Origin: a virus
Taxonomy: Duplodnaviria > Heunggongvirae > Uroviricota > Caudoviricetes
DNA: 64,000 bases
Reading direction: 5' to 3' (one strand)
IMG/VR virus record: IMGVR_UViG_2574180019_000006
Shown: in pieces, positions 1 to 9,271 of the stretch
Numbering within the stretch: the stretch's first letter is position 1
Layout of the letters: each line of letters opens with the position of its first letter
Translations under genes and position numbers: made by a program
Notes under the pieces: model-generated
The model's input: only the letters and a program-made list of their open reading frames with translations
What the model was told of the DNA's origin: nothing
Database searches by the model: none

Positions 1-1
1 G

Positions 2-724
2 TGGAAGAGCTGGCAGTTTGTAACTGCCGATTCTCCGTTTGTGCCTACGGCGGAAATTGAAGCTGCTAAGAACGATATGGACCCCAAATCGTTCGCTCAG
101 GAGTACCTGGCCAGCTTTGAGAACATGTCCGGGCGCGTTTACTACCCGTTCGATCGTAACGTGCATGTAAAACCGCTTCAGTTCAACCCTCGGTTGCCTA
201 TATGGGTAGGGCAGGACTTCAACATTGACCCGATGTCTTCAGTAATTTTGCAACCTCAGCCAAATGGTGAGCTATGGGCAATTGATGAATTGGTGCTCTT
301 TTCCTCTAACACGGCAGAAGTTTGTGATGAGCTTGAGAGACGCTTCTGGCGCTGGAAATCACAGGTAACGGTATTTCCAGATCCGGCAGGTGCTTATCGC
401 CAACATGCTCGTGGGGAGTCTGACGTAGACATATTCAAAGAGAAGGGATTCTTACGTGTCGATTATTCGAAAAAGCACCCGCCAATTGCGGATCGTGTTA
501 ATGCTGTTAACCGAATGCTGATGTCCGCATCTGGAGATATCCGGCTGTATATCGATCCGAAGTGCAAGCATTTGATTGATTCACTGGAAAAAGTCATCTA
601 CAAGCCTGGAACACGAGATATGGATAAGACAGGTGGCATTGAGCATAGTGCAGACGCATTGGGCTATCCAGTACATCGTAGGTATCCAGTCAAAAACCGT
701 GTTATTCTTGGTGGTTCTCGATAG
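2..724 (+). CDS. Terminase large subunit, C-terminal part (5' end truncated by window start)
   Basis: Reading frame is open from position 2 with no stop before 724; sits immediately upstream of a portal-like gene, the usual terminase-portal order. Family call is by position and size only. Confidence 0.5.
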   Translation, partial: WKSWQFVTADSPFVPTAEIEAAKNDMDPKSFAQEYLASFENMSGRVYYPFDRNVHVKPLQFNPRLPIWVGQDFNIDPMSSVILQPQPNGELWAIDELVLFSSNTAEVCDELERRFWRWKSQVTVFPDPAGAYRQHARGESDVDIFKEKGFLRVDYSKKHPPIADRVNAVNRMLMSASGDIRLYIDPKCKHLIDSLEKVIYKPGTRDMDKTGGIEHSADALGYPVHRRYPVKNRVILGGSR

Positions 725-750
725 GTAAGTAGTTATCTAAGGTTATTCAA

Positions 751-2325
751 ATGGAATTGAACGACAAACAAATTAAGGATCTGGTGGCGCGACGCCACCC
801 GGAATACGAAAAGAAAAAAGAACATTGGGACTTCCTCGCCAGCACTTACGCTGGCGGGCGTGGTTGGTTTACAGACAATATCTTTCGTTACTTTAAAGAG
901 GGAGATCAGGAGTTTAAGGAGCGAGTTGAACGTGCTTATCGCTTCAACCACACTCGTGAGGTGGTAAACCTCATCAACAAATATCTCTTTAAAGAAGACA
1001 TTCATAGAAATATCGAAGAGGCACCAGAGCAGATCCGCAATTTCTGGAAACGTGCGACTCGCCAGAATGCCTCTATTGACTCATTTATGGCCGCTATTGA
1101 TTTGCAGTCGTCTATTTACGGTCGCATATGGGTTGTTGTCGATAGCACGATGAGTGGTGATGTTGAGTCAGTAGCTGACGAGAAAAAGAAAGATGCTCGC
1201 GCCTACGCCTACTGGATTTCACCTCAGCAAATGCTGGATGTGGCATGGGACGACGACGGGAATATGTTGTGGGCGTTAATTGTGGAAGTCGCTCGTGATG
1301 ACGCAGATCCTTTTACTTCTACAGGTCAGGAATACCAACGTTATCGTCTGTGGGCACAAAACGAGTGGTATCTGTTCCGTGAGGAAGTGAAGAAGGGCGC
1401 TGGTGGAGCAGGTCGCCGTCAGGCAAAAGTTATTTTAGAGGATAGCGGTGAGCATAATCTCGGCGTAGTTCCTGTGTTTCCTGTTGATTGTATTGGAGAA
1501 AGTGAATCACCGTATTTCAGCCCATCGTTGATCGATGATATCGCTTATCTTGATCGTGCGGTTGCAAACTATCTGTCAAACCTTGATGCCATTATTCAGG
1601 ATCAGACATTTAGCCAGTTGGCTATACCGGTACAGTCGCTTTTACCTGGTGATGAAAACCACACTAAAGTGCTTGAAATGGGCACAAAGCGAGTCTTCAC
1701 CTACGATTCTGAAGGTGGAAACCAGCCGTTTTATCTGTCACCAGACCCGAAACAAGCTCAGATGATCATCACTACGATTAAGACGGTGATTAACGAAATC
1801 TACCATTCAGTTGGTGTAGCTGGTGAGCGAACGAAGCAGGACAACGCACAGGGAATCGATAATTCATCTGGTGCCGCAAAAATGTATGACTTCCAGCGTG
1901 TAAATAGCTTGCTTGTCACAAAAGCAGAGCGTCTGGAAAGGGCTGAACGCCAAATCATGCTACTGGTTGCGAAATGGATGGGGGCAGATCTGGACGAAGA
2001 CCACTCTTTAATTGCGTATCCAGAAAGTTTCGATATTCGTGGCCTTACTGATGAATTTTCTGTTGCCGAGAAACTGTCATTACTTCAGGCACCGGACTCT
2101 GTACGTCGTCACCAGATGGAAATGCTTATTGAGAAGATTTTCCCGAACATTACTGAGGCGATGAAAAAGGAATTTGATAAAGATCTCTTGAATTTTCCTC
2201 CAAAAAATGATCTAAATACCCTTGAAAATAAGTCAGTACTTACTTATGATCGTGGTACAGCCCAAGAAAGCGGGCAAGATCAACCCCGAGGGAATGGGGA
2301 CTCATCTACTCAAGAGAACGAGTGA
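751..2325 (+). CDS. Portal protein (putative)
   Basis: 524-aa ORF directly after the terminase fragment and before scaffold and capsid genes; AAGG-type RBS before ATG 751. Confidence 0.55.
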   Translation: MELNDKQIKDLVARRHPEYEKKKEHWDFLASTYAGGRGWFTDNIFRYFKEGDQEFKERVERAYRFNHTREVVNLINKYLFKEDIHRNIEEAPEQIRNFWKRATRQNASIDSFMAAIDLQSSIYGRIWVVVDSTMSGDVESVADEKKKDARAYAYWISPQQMLDVAWDDDGNMLWALIVEVARDDADPFTSTGQEYQRYRLWAQNEWYLFREEVKKGAGGAGRRQAKVILEDSGEHNLGVVPVFPVDCIGESESPYFSPSLIDDIAYLDRAVANYLSNLDAIIQDQTFSQLAIPVQSLLPGDENHTKVLEMGTKRVFTYDSEGGNQPFYLSPDPKQAQMIITTIKTVINEIYHSVGVAGERTKQDNAQGIDNSSGAAKMYDFQRVNSLLVTKAERLERAERQIMLLVAKWMGADLDEDHSLIAYPESFDIRGLTDEFSVAEKLSLLQAPDSVRRHQMEMLIEKIFPNITEAMKKEFDKDLLNFPPKNDLNTLENKSVLTYDRGTAQESGQDQPRGNGDSSTQENE

Positions 2326-2346
2326 TAAGTAACAAAAGGAATTTTT

Positions 2347-3234
2347 ATGAATCTGTGGCAAATGCTTTTGGCCCGTCGTGGTCTGATGGATGTCGCTGAA
2401 GCGCATGAGCGTGGAGGCGCTGGCGGTGTAGCTGCTGATAATGAGCAGAGCACACAAGATCCTGACAAACAGGGTGAACAAAAAGAGCAGCCGAAGGGCG
2501 ATGACGAATACGCTGGCATGACTCAGGAAGAGTTACTGGCCGAACTTCGTAAAACCAAGAAAGCTGGTGCTGAACTGCTGAAGGAGAACATGAAGCGCAA
2601 AGAGAAAGAGCGCACATTGGCCGATCAGCTTGCTCAGTACGGTGATATCGACCCGGCGCGTGCTCGCCAGCTTTTAGAAGCTGAACAGGCCGCAGAAAAT
2701 GCACGTCGTGAGGCGGAGCAAGCTGAACTGGAGCGTCGTGGTGAGTTCGATGCTGTTAAAAAACAGATGATCGAAGCACACCAGGCAGAGCTGGCACAGC
2801 GTGACGAACGTTATACAGCACTGGAAAGTGAAAACGCATCACTGAAATCTCAATTAGTCGAGATGACCGTGGGCGCTTCCTTCAGTAACTCTCTCTTCCT
2901 ACGTGACAAAGTTCTGATGACCCCGGCAAAAGCCCGCGTGATCTACGGTTCTCATTTTGAAGTGGGTGAAGACGGTAGCGTAGTGGGTTATGACAAACCG
3001 GCAGGTCATAAAGAACGAGCTGTTCTGGTTGACGGTGAAGGTAAGCCGTTGCCGTTTGAATCCGCGATTGAACGCATTGTGCGGGCAGATCCGGAAGCTG
3101 ACGCATTGATGCGTAGCGAAGCCAAGCAGGGTGTAGGCTCACATTCCAAATCGACCTACACAATATCCCAACCGAAGAACAAGTCGACTATGGATAAGTT
3201 GGCCTCCGGTCTGGGGAAAATTGGACTTAAGTAA
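2347..3234 (+). CDS. Head scaffolding protein (putative)
   Basis: 295 aa, highly charged and predicted coiled coil (E/A/R/Q-rich), between portal and capsid genes; AAAGGA RBS. Confidence 0.45.
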   Translation: MNLWQMLLARRGLMDVAEAHERGGAGGVAADNEQSTQDPDKQGEQKEQPKGDDEYAGMTQEELLAELRKTKKAGAELLKENMKRKEKERTLADQLAQYGDIDPARARQLLEAEQAAENARREAEQAELERRGEFDAVKKQMIEAHQAELAQRDERYTALESENASLKSQLVEMTVGASFSNSLFLRDKVLMTPAKARVIYGSHFEVGEDGSVVGYDKPAGHKERAVLVDGEGKPLPFESAIERIVRADPEADALMRSEAKQGVGSHSKSTYTISQPKNKSTMDKLASGLGKIGLK

Positions 3235-3259
3235 CATCTAAATCAAAGGGAATTGATAG

Positions 3260-4135
3260 ATGCCATTACTGCGTGAAGAAGCTGAAAAGCTGTCTAACAA
3301 CGAACTCGAACAGGGTGTGATCGAAACCATCATTGATCGCGATGACCTGTTTGCCATCCTGCCTTTTATGAAAATTAATTCAAAGGCATATCTGTACAAC
3401 CGTGAAAAAACGCTGAGCGAAGCTACTTTCATTGATGTGAACGACACCATCACCGAAGGTGCAGCAACCTTCGAAGAGAAAGTTGCGAAGCTGCGCATTC
3501 TGGCTGGCGACGTTGACGTCGACAAATTCCTGGCTACCACTATGGCTGATACCAACAACCAGCTGGCTATCCAGGTTCGTCAGAAAGTCAAAGGTCTGGC
3601 TCGTGCCTTCCGTCGCAATCTGATTGTTGGCGACTCCACCACTAACAACAAAGCCTTCGACGGCATTCCACGCCTGATGCACGCAGATCAGAAGATCGAC
3701 ATTGCAGGTGCATCTATGACTTTCTCCATGTTCGACGAACTGGTCGATGCGGTGAAAGATCTTGGTGCTGACTGCATCATGATGCGTTCTGAGCATCTTC
3801 GCGCATATCGTGCGCTGCTGCGAACTGTAAACGTAGGCCCGTCCGAAATCATGATGGAAAACTTCGGTCGACCAATGCTGTGCCATAACGGCGTTCCGTT
3901 TATCGTAAACGACTTCATTCCGACCGATGCTGGCAAAGCAAGCATCTACTGCCTGCATCTGTCAGAAGAGAACGGCGTTACTGGTCTGTATGGCGGCGAC
4001 AACGCAGGTATCGTTGTTGAAAACATTGGTACTGTACAGAACAAAGATGCAGTACGTACCCGTGTGAAGTGGTACTGCTCTCTGGCGAATAAGCACGATA
4101 AGGCTATCGCTGCACTGACCAATGTAAAAATTTAA
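3260..4135 (+). CDS. Major capsid protein (putative)
   Basis: 291-aa ORF in canonical position after scaffold, followed by a strong rho-independent terminator as expected for a highly expressed capsid gene. Confidence 0.55.
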   Translation: MPLLREEAEKLSNNELEQGVIETIIDRDDLFAILPFMKINSKAYLYNREKTLSEATFIDVNDTITEGAATFEEKVAKLRILAGDVDVDKFLATTMADTNNQLAIQVRQKVKGLARAFRRNLIVGDSTTNNKAFDGIPRLMHADQKIDIAGASMTFSMFDELVDAVKDLGADCIMMRSEHLRAYRALLRTVNVGPSEIMMENFGRPMLCHNGVPFIVNDFIPTDAGKASIYCLHLSEENGVTGLYGGDNAGIVVENIGTVQNKDAVRTRVKWYCSLANKHDKAIAALTNVKI

Positions 4136-4168
4136 TCAGTGTTGTAGATAAGTAATTATCTATGTTTA

Positions 4169-4196
4169 AGGGTGGGCTATACGCCCACCCTTTTTG
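4169..4196 (+). terminator. Rho-independent terminator
   Basis: GC-rich hairpin AGGGTGGGC-tata-CGCCCACCCT followed by TTTTT. Confidence 0.6.
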
Positions 4197-4208
4197 TAGG
4201 AGCAAGAA

Positions 4209-5129
4209 ATGCCAGAACAAAAGATGAAGATTACGGAAGAGGCATTTTCGGATTTTACGGGGCATATGTGCCGCGCCGGATTTACCAATTCTATCTCCGA
4301 TGAACCTTTAACCGAGCGGCAACAAAGTCAGCTATCTGCTTGTTTGCAGGCGGTTCCCTTCTCCCAATCCGTAAACATAACTCCGGCTTCACCATCAGTT
4401 TTGGTTGGGAAAACTGTTCAACTTAGTGCAGGTATTAGTATGGGTAAGAGTGCCAGTTCATTTACCTGGAAGTCAGCCAATGATCAAATTGCAACCGTTA
4501 ACGGCACTGGATTAGTAACTGGCGTAGCCCCAGGCAAAGTAAAAATTACTGCAACTGATCAGGAAACCCAGCTTTCCGCTTCAGTGGAAGTCACCGTAAA
4601 TCCGGTAGCCGTTAAATCCGTAACGGTAACGCCAGACTCAACCTCTGTTGAGAAAGGGAAATCAGTCAGTCTGAAAGCGAATGTTCAGCCGTCAAATGCG
4701 ACGAATAAGGCAGTTACCTGGTCTTCCAAAAATGAAGACAAGGCAACGGTAGACCAGAGCGGGAACGTTACTGGTGTAGAAGTTGGCACTGCGACGATTG
4801 AGATCGTTTCCCAAGATGGCAGCAAAAAGGCAACTGCAACGGTGGAAGTAACTGCGCCTGTTGTGGCTGTTACCGGCGTCGAAATCGACCCAAATAGCAC
4901 AACCGTTGAGGCAAACAAAACTGTTCAGCTGACCGCAAATGTCGAGCCGGCAGGAGCCACAAATAAAACCGTTACTTGGGAATCCAAAAATACCGAGTTT
5001 GCAACGGTGGACAGCGAAACCGGTGTTGTAACTGGTGTTGCGGCTGGTACTGCCACAATCGAGGTTACTACCCAAGATGGTAGCCACAAAGCGACAGCGA
5101 CCGTAGAGGTCACTGCCGCACAGGAATAA
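4209..5129 (+). CDS. Ig-like (Big_2-type) domain protein, probable head decoration protein
   Basis: Three tandem ~80-aa repeats of the pattern TV..GKTVQL.A.V.P..ATNK.VTW.S.N...ATVD..G.VTGV..GTATI typical of bacterial Ig-like group 2 domains. Confidence 0.6.
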   Translation: MPEQKMKITEEAFSDFTGHMCRAGFTNSISDEPLTERQQSQLSACLQAVPFSQSVNITPASPSVLVGKTVQLSAGISMGKSASSFTWKSANDQIATVNGTGLVTGVAPGKVKITATDQETQLSASVEVTVNPVAVKSVTVTPDSTSVEKGKSVSLKANVQPSNATNKAVTWSSKNEDKATVDQSGNVTGVEVGTATIEIVSQDGSKKATATVEVTAPVVAVTGVEIDPNSTTVEANKTVQLTANVEPAGATNKTVTWESKNTEFATVDSETGVVTGVAAGTATIEVTTQDGSHKATATVEVTAAQE

Positions 5130-5173
5130 CCGATATTGGGCGGCGAAAGCCGCCCAAGAGGAGAGAAAGCGTT

Positions 5174-5608
5174 ATGAAACCAGCAAAAATTGTTTTATTA
5201 GAACCGCAATTTTCCGGTTATTCGGGAATGCTGTGTGGCGTTCAGTTCGAGAACGGGGTATCCGTAGCGGAGTTGCCTTTTATCGATCAGCAAAGGATTT
5301 GTGCCTCAATGCGAGCATCAACAGTCGAGGGCAAAAATGTTTCTCCGTCTGCCGCATACAGTGATCGTGGCGAGTTGACCGCAGACCTGATTACCGAGCC
5401 AGCAGCACCTGGCATTGTGCCAATGAAACGTGGGACACCAGATGAACCGGCCAAACAGATCCAGACTTTCACACGAGAAGAGTTGGAGTCAATTGCAGAC
5501 AATGAAGGCATTGCCGGTCTACGTGTGATTGGTAATCAGGTTGGTGTCAAAGCGAAAGGAATTGTCGAGATGATTGAAGGCATCCTGAAAGCACAAGGCG
5601 GTGAGTAA
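5174..5608 (+). CDS. Hypothetical head-module protein
   Basis: 144-aa ORF with RBS GAGGAGAG upstream, within the head gene block. Confidence 0.4.
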   Translation: MKPAKIVLLEPQFSGYSGMLCGVQFENGVSVAELPFIDQQRICASMRASTVEGKNVSPSAAYSDRGELTADLITEPAAPGIVPMKRGTPDEPAKQIQTFTREELESIADNEGIAGLRVIGNQVGVKAKGIVEMIEGILKAQGGE

Positions 5609-6441
5609 TGGCGCAGATCGACTCGTATCGTAGCGGTGAAGCTGTTTCCCTTTCATTTGCCTTCAACGTGCTGGATATCGAATCTGCTACCTACACAGTA
5701 AAGGACAGCACCGGGGCTATTCTCGTTGATGGCGAGCCGCTAGAAATTACCAGCGGTCAAATGTCGATTCCGGTTGTCGTGTCGGCTGAATATAACCAGC
5801 TCTCTGAGAAAGAGCGAGATCTGCGGTACGTCATTGTGAAGGCTGTTGCATCGGGTCTGACGCATGAAGAGCGGCAAATGTATGTTCTGCTGAATAGTTT
5901 TGAACTGTCGATACCAGAACAGTCGTTTGCAACTGTCGCTGATGCTCAAATGCAGGCGATCGATATGCTGAATGGGGACACTTTGCTGTCGGATGGTGAA
6001 GGCTTAATGCGCAAGCGTCTCATTGAGGCTACCAGACGAATTAAAACTTTACCGTTCTCAATCCGCAAAATTCTACGTATCGACTTTGACCGATACGATC
6101 GCCCTCAAAATATGCTGAATGTGTATGACATTCCGTGGGGAGCAGATGGAGCGTACCGGCATGATTTAGTCGATTGGGAAAAGATGACGCAGGAGAAGTT
6201 TGAAGAGTTCCCTGACTACTTCAAAGAAGCGTTGATGCTTGCCGTTGTCAACGAAGCGTGTGAGATCGCAAATGGCAATGATGTAGCCGCAGCACGAGAG
6301 GATGGCATTTTGTCAGAGTCCATCGGTGAAACAACCAACATGTACCGTACCGGTAAAGCTGCAAACGTGCATGTGGCTCGTAGTACCTGGCGCTTGCTGG
6401 TCAGTTACATCAACAACCGTATGATTGTTCGCCGTGCGTAA
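5608..6441 (+). CDS. Hypothetical head/connector-module protein
   Basis: 277-aa ORF whose start overlaps the stop of the previous gene (translational coupling). Confidence 0.4.
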   Translation: MAQIDSYRSGEAVSLSFAFNVLDIESATYTVKDSTGAILVDGEPLEITSGQMSIPVVVSAEYNQLSEKERDLRYVIVKAVASGLTHEERQMYVLLNSFELSIPEQSFATVADAQMQAIDMLNGDTLLSDGEGLMRKRLIEATRRIKTLPFSIRKILRIDFDRYDRPQNMLNVYDIPWGADGAYRHDLVDWEKMTQEKFEEFPDYFKEALMLAVVNEACEIANGNDVAAAREDGILSESIGETTNMYRTGKAANVHVARSTWRLLVSYINNRMIVRRA

Positions 6442-6520
6442 CGCCAGTCGCATTATTTACTTTTGGTCGAAAGGGTTTTTGGCCAGTAATGAGAGCGACC
6501 GACAACAACAGGGAGAGAGC

Positions 6521-6865
6521 ATGAATATTTCATGGCAAACAGAAATTGCGATCTACCGCTTTGGCGCAAAGAACGTTTACGGCGAGGCGCAATTACAATT
6601 CGTCAGGAAGACGAATGTCGGCGTGGTTAAGTTCGAACAGAGTAATGAGAAATCGTCAGTTCGTGCTGATAGCTCTGGTAGTCGTGGTAAGGCGAGTCTG
6701 GAGCTGTTTGATGCTGTGTTAGTTGTCCCTTTAGAAGCGGCTGTACAACTTGATGATGTGCTGATCCTTGAAGGTCAAAAATTAAAGGTGTCCAGTGTTC
6801 ATCGCCGCTGGGGGCTACGAGGAAGACCTGGGCATCTTGAAGTGGGGGCGAATATATGGGTCTGA
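6521..6865 (+). CDS. Hypothetical protein (head-tail joining region)
   Basis: ORF track gives 6425..6865; the internal ATG at 6521 is preceded by GGGAGAG RBS and is preferred as start. Confidence 0.35.
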   Translation: MNISWQTEIAIYRFGAKNVYGEAQLQFVRKTNVGVVKFEQSNEKSSVRADSSGSRGKASLELFDAVLVVPLEAAVQLDDVLILEGQKLKVSSVHRRWGLRGRPGHLEVGANIWV

Positions 6866-7329
6866 AATACGATGCGCATCAGTTCAAACGTGCGGGGAAT
6901 AGACTCAATAACAGCCAGAAAGCATTTAAGCGATATCTTATTCGGGACATGGAAAAGCTGGCGCGTTTGGTTGAGCGTCTCAGCCGTGCAATGGCCCCGC
7001 TGGAAACCGGATCTCTGGAGACAGCCATCTTTGCCAGGGTGATTAAAGAAGGTTATTCAGGGCTGCGCATTGAGCTTTCTGTGTCTGGAGCAAAACCACG
7101 TCAGGGGCATCCGGGCGTAGAAGTCGGTGACTATGCTAAGTACATGGAGCTGGGTAAATACCGACTCGGTTATCTTTCTCGAATGAAGAACGTGACAAAC
7201 CCACCAATTGCCGGTGTTAAACCTCGTGTTGGGCCACACTTTCTGGAAAGAGCGGTGGAAATTAGCGAGAAGCAGTTCTCAGAAGCGATTCTTGAGGCTG
7301 CAAGAAAAGCCGGTTTTACGAGAGGTTAA
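6856..7329 (+). CDS. Hypothetical protein (head-tail joining region)
   Basis: 157-aa ORF overlapping the previous stop. Confidence 0.4.
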   Translation: MGLKYDAHQFKRAGNRLNNSQKAFKRYLIRDMEKLARLVERLSRAMAPLETGSLETAIFARVIKEGYSGLRIELSVSGAKPRQGHPGVEVGDYAKYMELGKYRLGYLSRMKNVTNPPIAGVKPRVGPHFLERAVEISEKQFSEAILEAARKAGFTRG

Positions 7330-7330
7330 T

Positions 7331-7714
7331 GTGTTTATCGAAGCGTTTGCAAGTTTGATGCAGAAGGCAAAGATTGGCACGGTCGGGACTGACATTTTCT
7401 GTCACTACTTGCCTGCCAATGTGAAATCTGGCGTCCTGCTTATTAACCCAAATACCGGTATCAGCATCGATCATGAGCTACAGGGCTTTTATCACGAATC
7501 ATTCACAATCATTGTGCGTGGTTCGTCAATTACTACGACGGTTGAGAAAGCCAATAAAATCATTGAGATGTTTCCAGTAGAGGAAACGGAATCTGGTGGT
7601 GTTTATTTTCGACTTGTACGACCGATGGCGATGCCAATCATTTATCCCAAAAATGATGGGGCATTAATAGAAGCAGGCATTCCTGTTGAATTTGCTGGCT
7701 ATTTATTGAATTAA
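7331..7714 (+). CDS. Hypothetical tail-module protein
   Basis: In-frame GTG at 7331 overlaps the upstream stop and follows RBS GAGAGG; the longer ORF 7208..7714 overlaps the preceding gene. Confidence 0.4.
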   Translation: MFIEAFASLMQKAKIGTVGTDIFCHYLPANVKSGVLLINPNTGISIDHELQGFYHESFTIIVRGSSITTTVEKANKIIEMFPVEETESGGVYFRLVRPMAMPIIYPKNDGALIEAGIPVEFAGYLLN

Positions 7715-7788
7715 CTCAATTGGTAAGTATATACTTACTATTAGCGCAATGAATGCGTAGAATTAACGGAAAAAGGAGTTTTCCATCA

Positions 7789-8535
7789 ATGTCTAATACC
7801 CATGTAAAAAACATCAAACTTGGTGCCTGTAAGGTGTCGTTTGGTGGTGTGGATTTGGGTTACACCAAAGGTGGTGTTCAGGTTGAAATCGCAACCGAAA
7901 CGCTGAAAGTGACCGTAGACCAGCTGGGCCAGACCACGATCTCCGAGCTGATCCAGGGCCGCAACATCACCATTACTGCGCCGCTGGCTGAATCCGTGTT
8001 GAAAAACATGGTCGATCTGATGCCAGGTTCCACGCTGAGTTCTGGCGAAGATACCGTAACCATCACGTCTGCGCAGGGAGTGAACCTGATCGACGTTGCG
8101 AAAGAGTTGGTGCTGACCCCGCAGGATGCGACGGATTATATTCTGACCATCCCTAAAGCAGCAACCGCGGGTAACTTCACCATGACCTACCAGTCTGACG
8201 ACGTTCGCGTGTTCTCAGTTGAGTTTTCCGCTTACCCGGACGACGCTGGCGTGTTGGGGAAAATGAGCCTCCCAAAGCCGGTTGAGAGCGTCACGCTGAC
8301 CCCGTCTTCACCGACCGTAAAAGTGGGCACTAAAGTTCAATTGAGCGCAACCTTCACCCCGGCCGATGCAACCAATAAGACTGGCGTGTGGAGCTCTGAT
8401 GCGACTGATAAAGCGACCGTAGATCAGAACGGACTGGTAACTGGTAAAGCTGTCGGTTCAGCCAATATCACCTTCACAACTAATGACGGTGCCAAGAAGG
8501 CGACCAAAGCCGTCTCTGTAACTGCCGCAAGCTAA
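7789..8535 (+). CDS. Major tail protein with C-terminal Ig-like (Big_2-type) domain
   Basis: ATG 7789 after RBS AAAAGGAG; C-terminal 80 aa repeat the same Ig-like motif as the decoration protein (KVGTKVQLSATFTPADATNK..VWSS..ATVD..G.VTG...G.A.IT); position before chaperone and tape measure genes. Confidence 0.6.
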   Translation: MSNTHVKNIKLGACKVSFGGVDLGYTKGGVQVEIATETLKVTVDQLGQTTISELIQGRNITITAPLAESVLKNMVDLMPGSTLSSGEDTVTITSAQGVNLIDVAKELVLTPQDATDYILTIPKAATAGNFTMTYQSDDVRVFSVEFSAYPDDAGVLGKMSLPKPVESVTLTPSSPTVKVGTKVQLSATFTPADATNKTGVWSSDATDKATVDQNGLVTGKAVGSANITFTTNDGAKKATKAVSVTAAS

Positions 8536-8596
8536 ATTGTGATAACCCAAGAGGCCCATGGATGGGCCTCTGTATGAGTTTAAAAGGATTTAAACC

Positions 8597-8914
8597 ATGA
8601 CCAAATTACTCGATCTCGACTCCATTCTGCCGCCGAAAAAAAGCATCAAATTTGGTGGCAAAGAATATCCCATCGTTGAAATGACCGTCGGCCTCTTTGT
8701 TTCCATCAAGCAGATGGAAGGCAAAGATCTCATGAACATGTCTCCTGTTGAGCAAGTGACAGCTTATGCAGATCTGGTTCGTAAGGTTATCCCTTCAGTA
8801 CCTGACGAAGTTCTTGAAAAACTGACTGTTCCGCAACTCCAGCAGATCTTCACCTTCGCTATGGAAGTGATTGATGAAGAAAACGAAAAAGCGGCTGGCG
8901 AAGGGGCAAAGTAA
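8597..8914 (+). CDS. Tail assembly chaperone (lambda gpG-like)
   Basis: 105-aa acidic ORF between major tail and tape measure genes. Confidence 0.5.
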   Translation: MTKLLDLDSILPPKKSIKFGGKEYPIVEMTVGLFVSIKQMEGKDLMNMSPVEQVTAYADLVRKVIPSVPDEVLEKLTVPQLQQIFTFAMEVIDEENEKAAGEGAK

Positions 8915-9264
8915 TTTCCCGCGATGAATCCGGGACAAGGACCGTCTCAATAGATCTCGGATTCTATTTCAGTCGTGTAGTTGCTCACTACGCCGTGTCG
9001 CCATTAGAGCTACTGAACGTTCCTCTCACGATGTTCTGGATGCTCAGTCGCAATATAGACCGTCTGCGTGCGGAAGAGGATGTCCGCAACTTACAAGTCG
9101 CTCGTGCGTCCCAGGCGGATGGCGAGGCTGTGAAGGCGTTCATGGAGGGTTTGCAACTCAGGATTGGAAGACCAGTCGTAACAGATAAAGTCTACGATCC
9201 AAGCCAGGATAAGGCAGACCCTGACGCCAAAGAGCAACTGATGCAAATATTTGGCAGAGGATGA
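8875..9264 (+). CDS. Tail assembly chaperone -1 frameshift extension (lambda gpT-like ORF)
   Basis: The -1 frame is open from 8875 to 9264, overlapping the 3' end of the G-like ORF across an A-rich run (CGAAAAAG, 8884..8891); conserved G/GT arrangement upstream of tape measure genes. Confidence 0.4.
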
Positions 9265-9271
9265 CAAGGGA

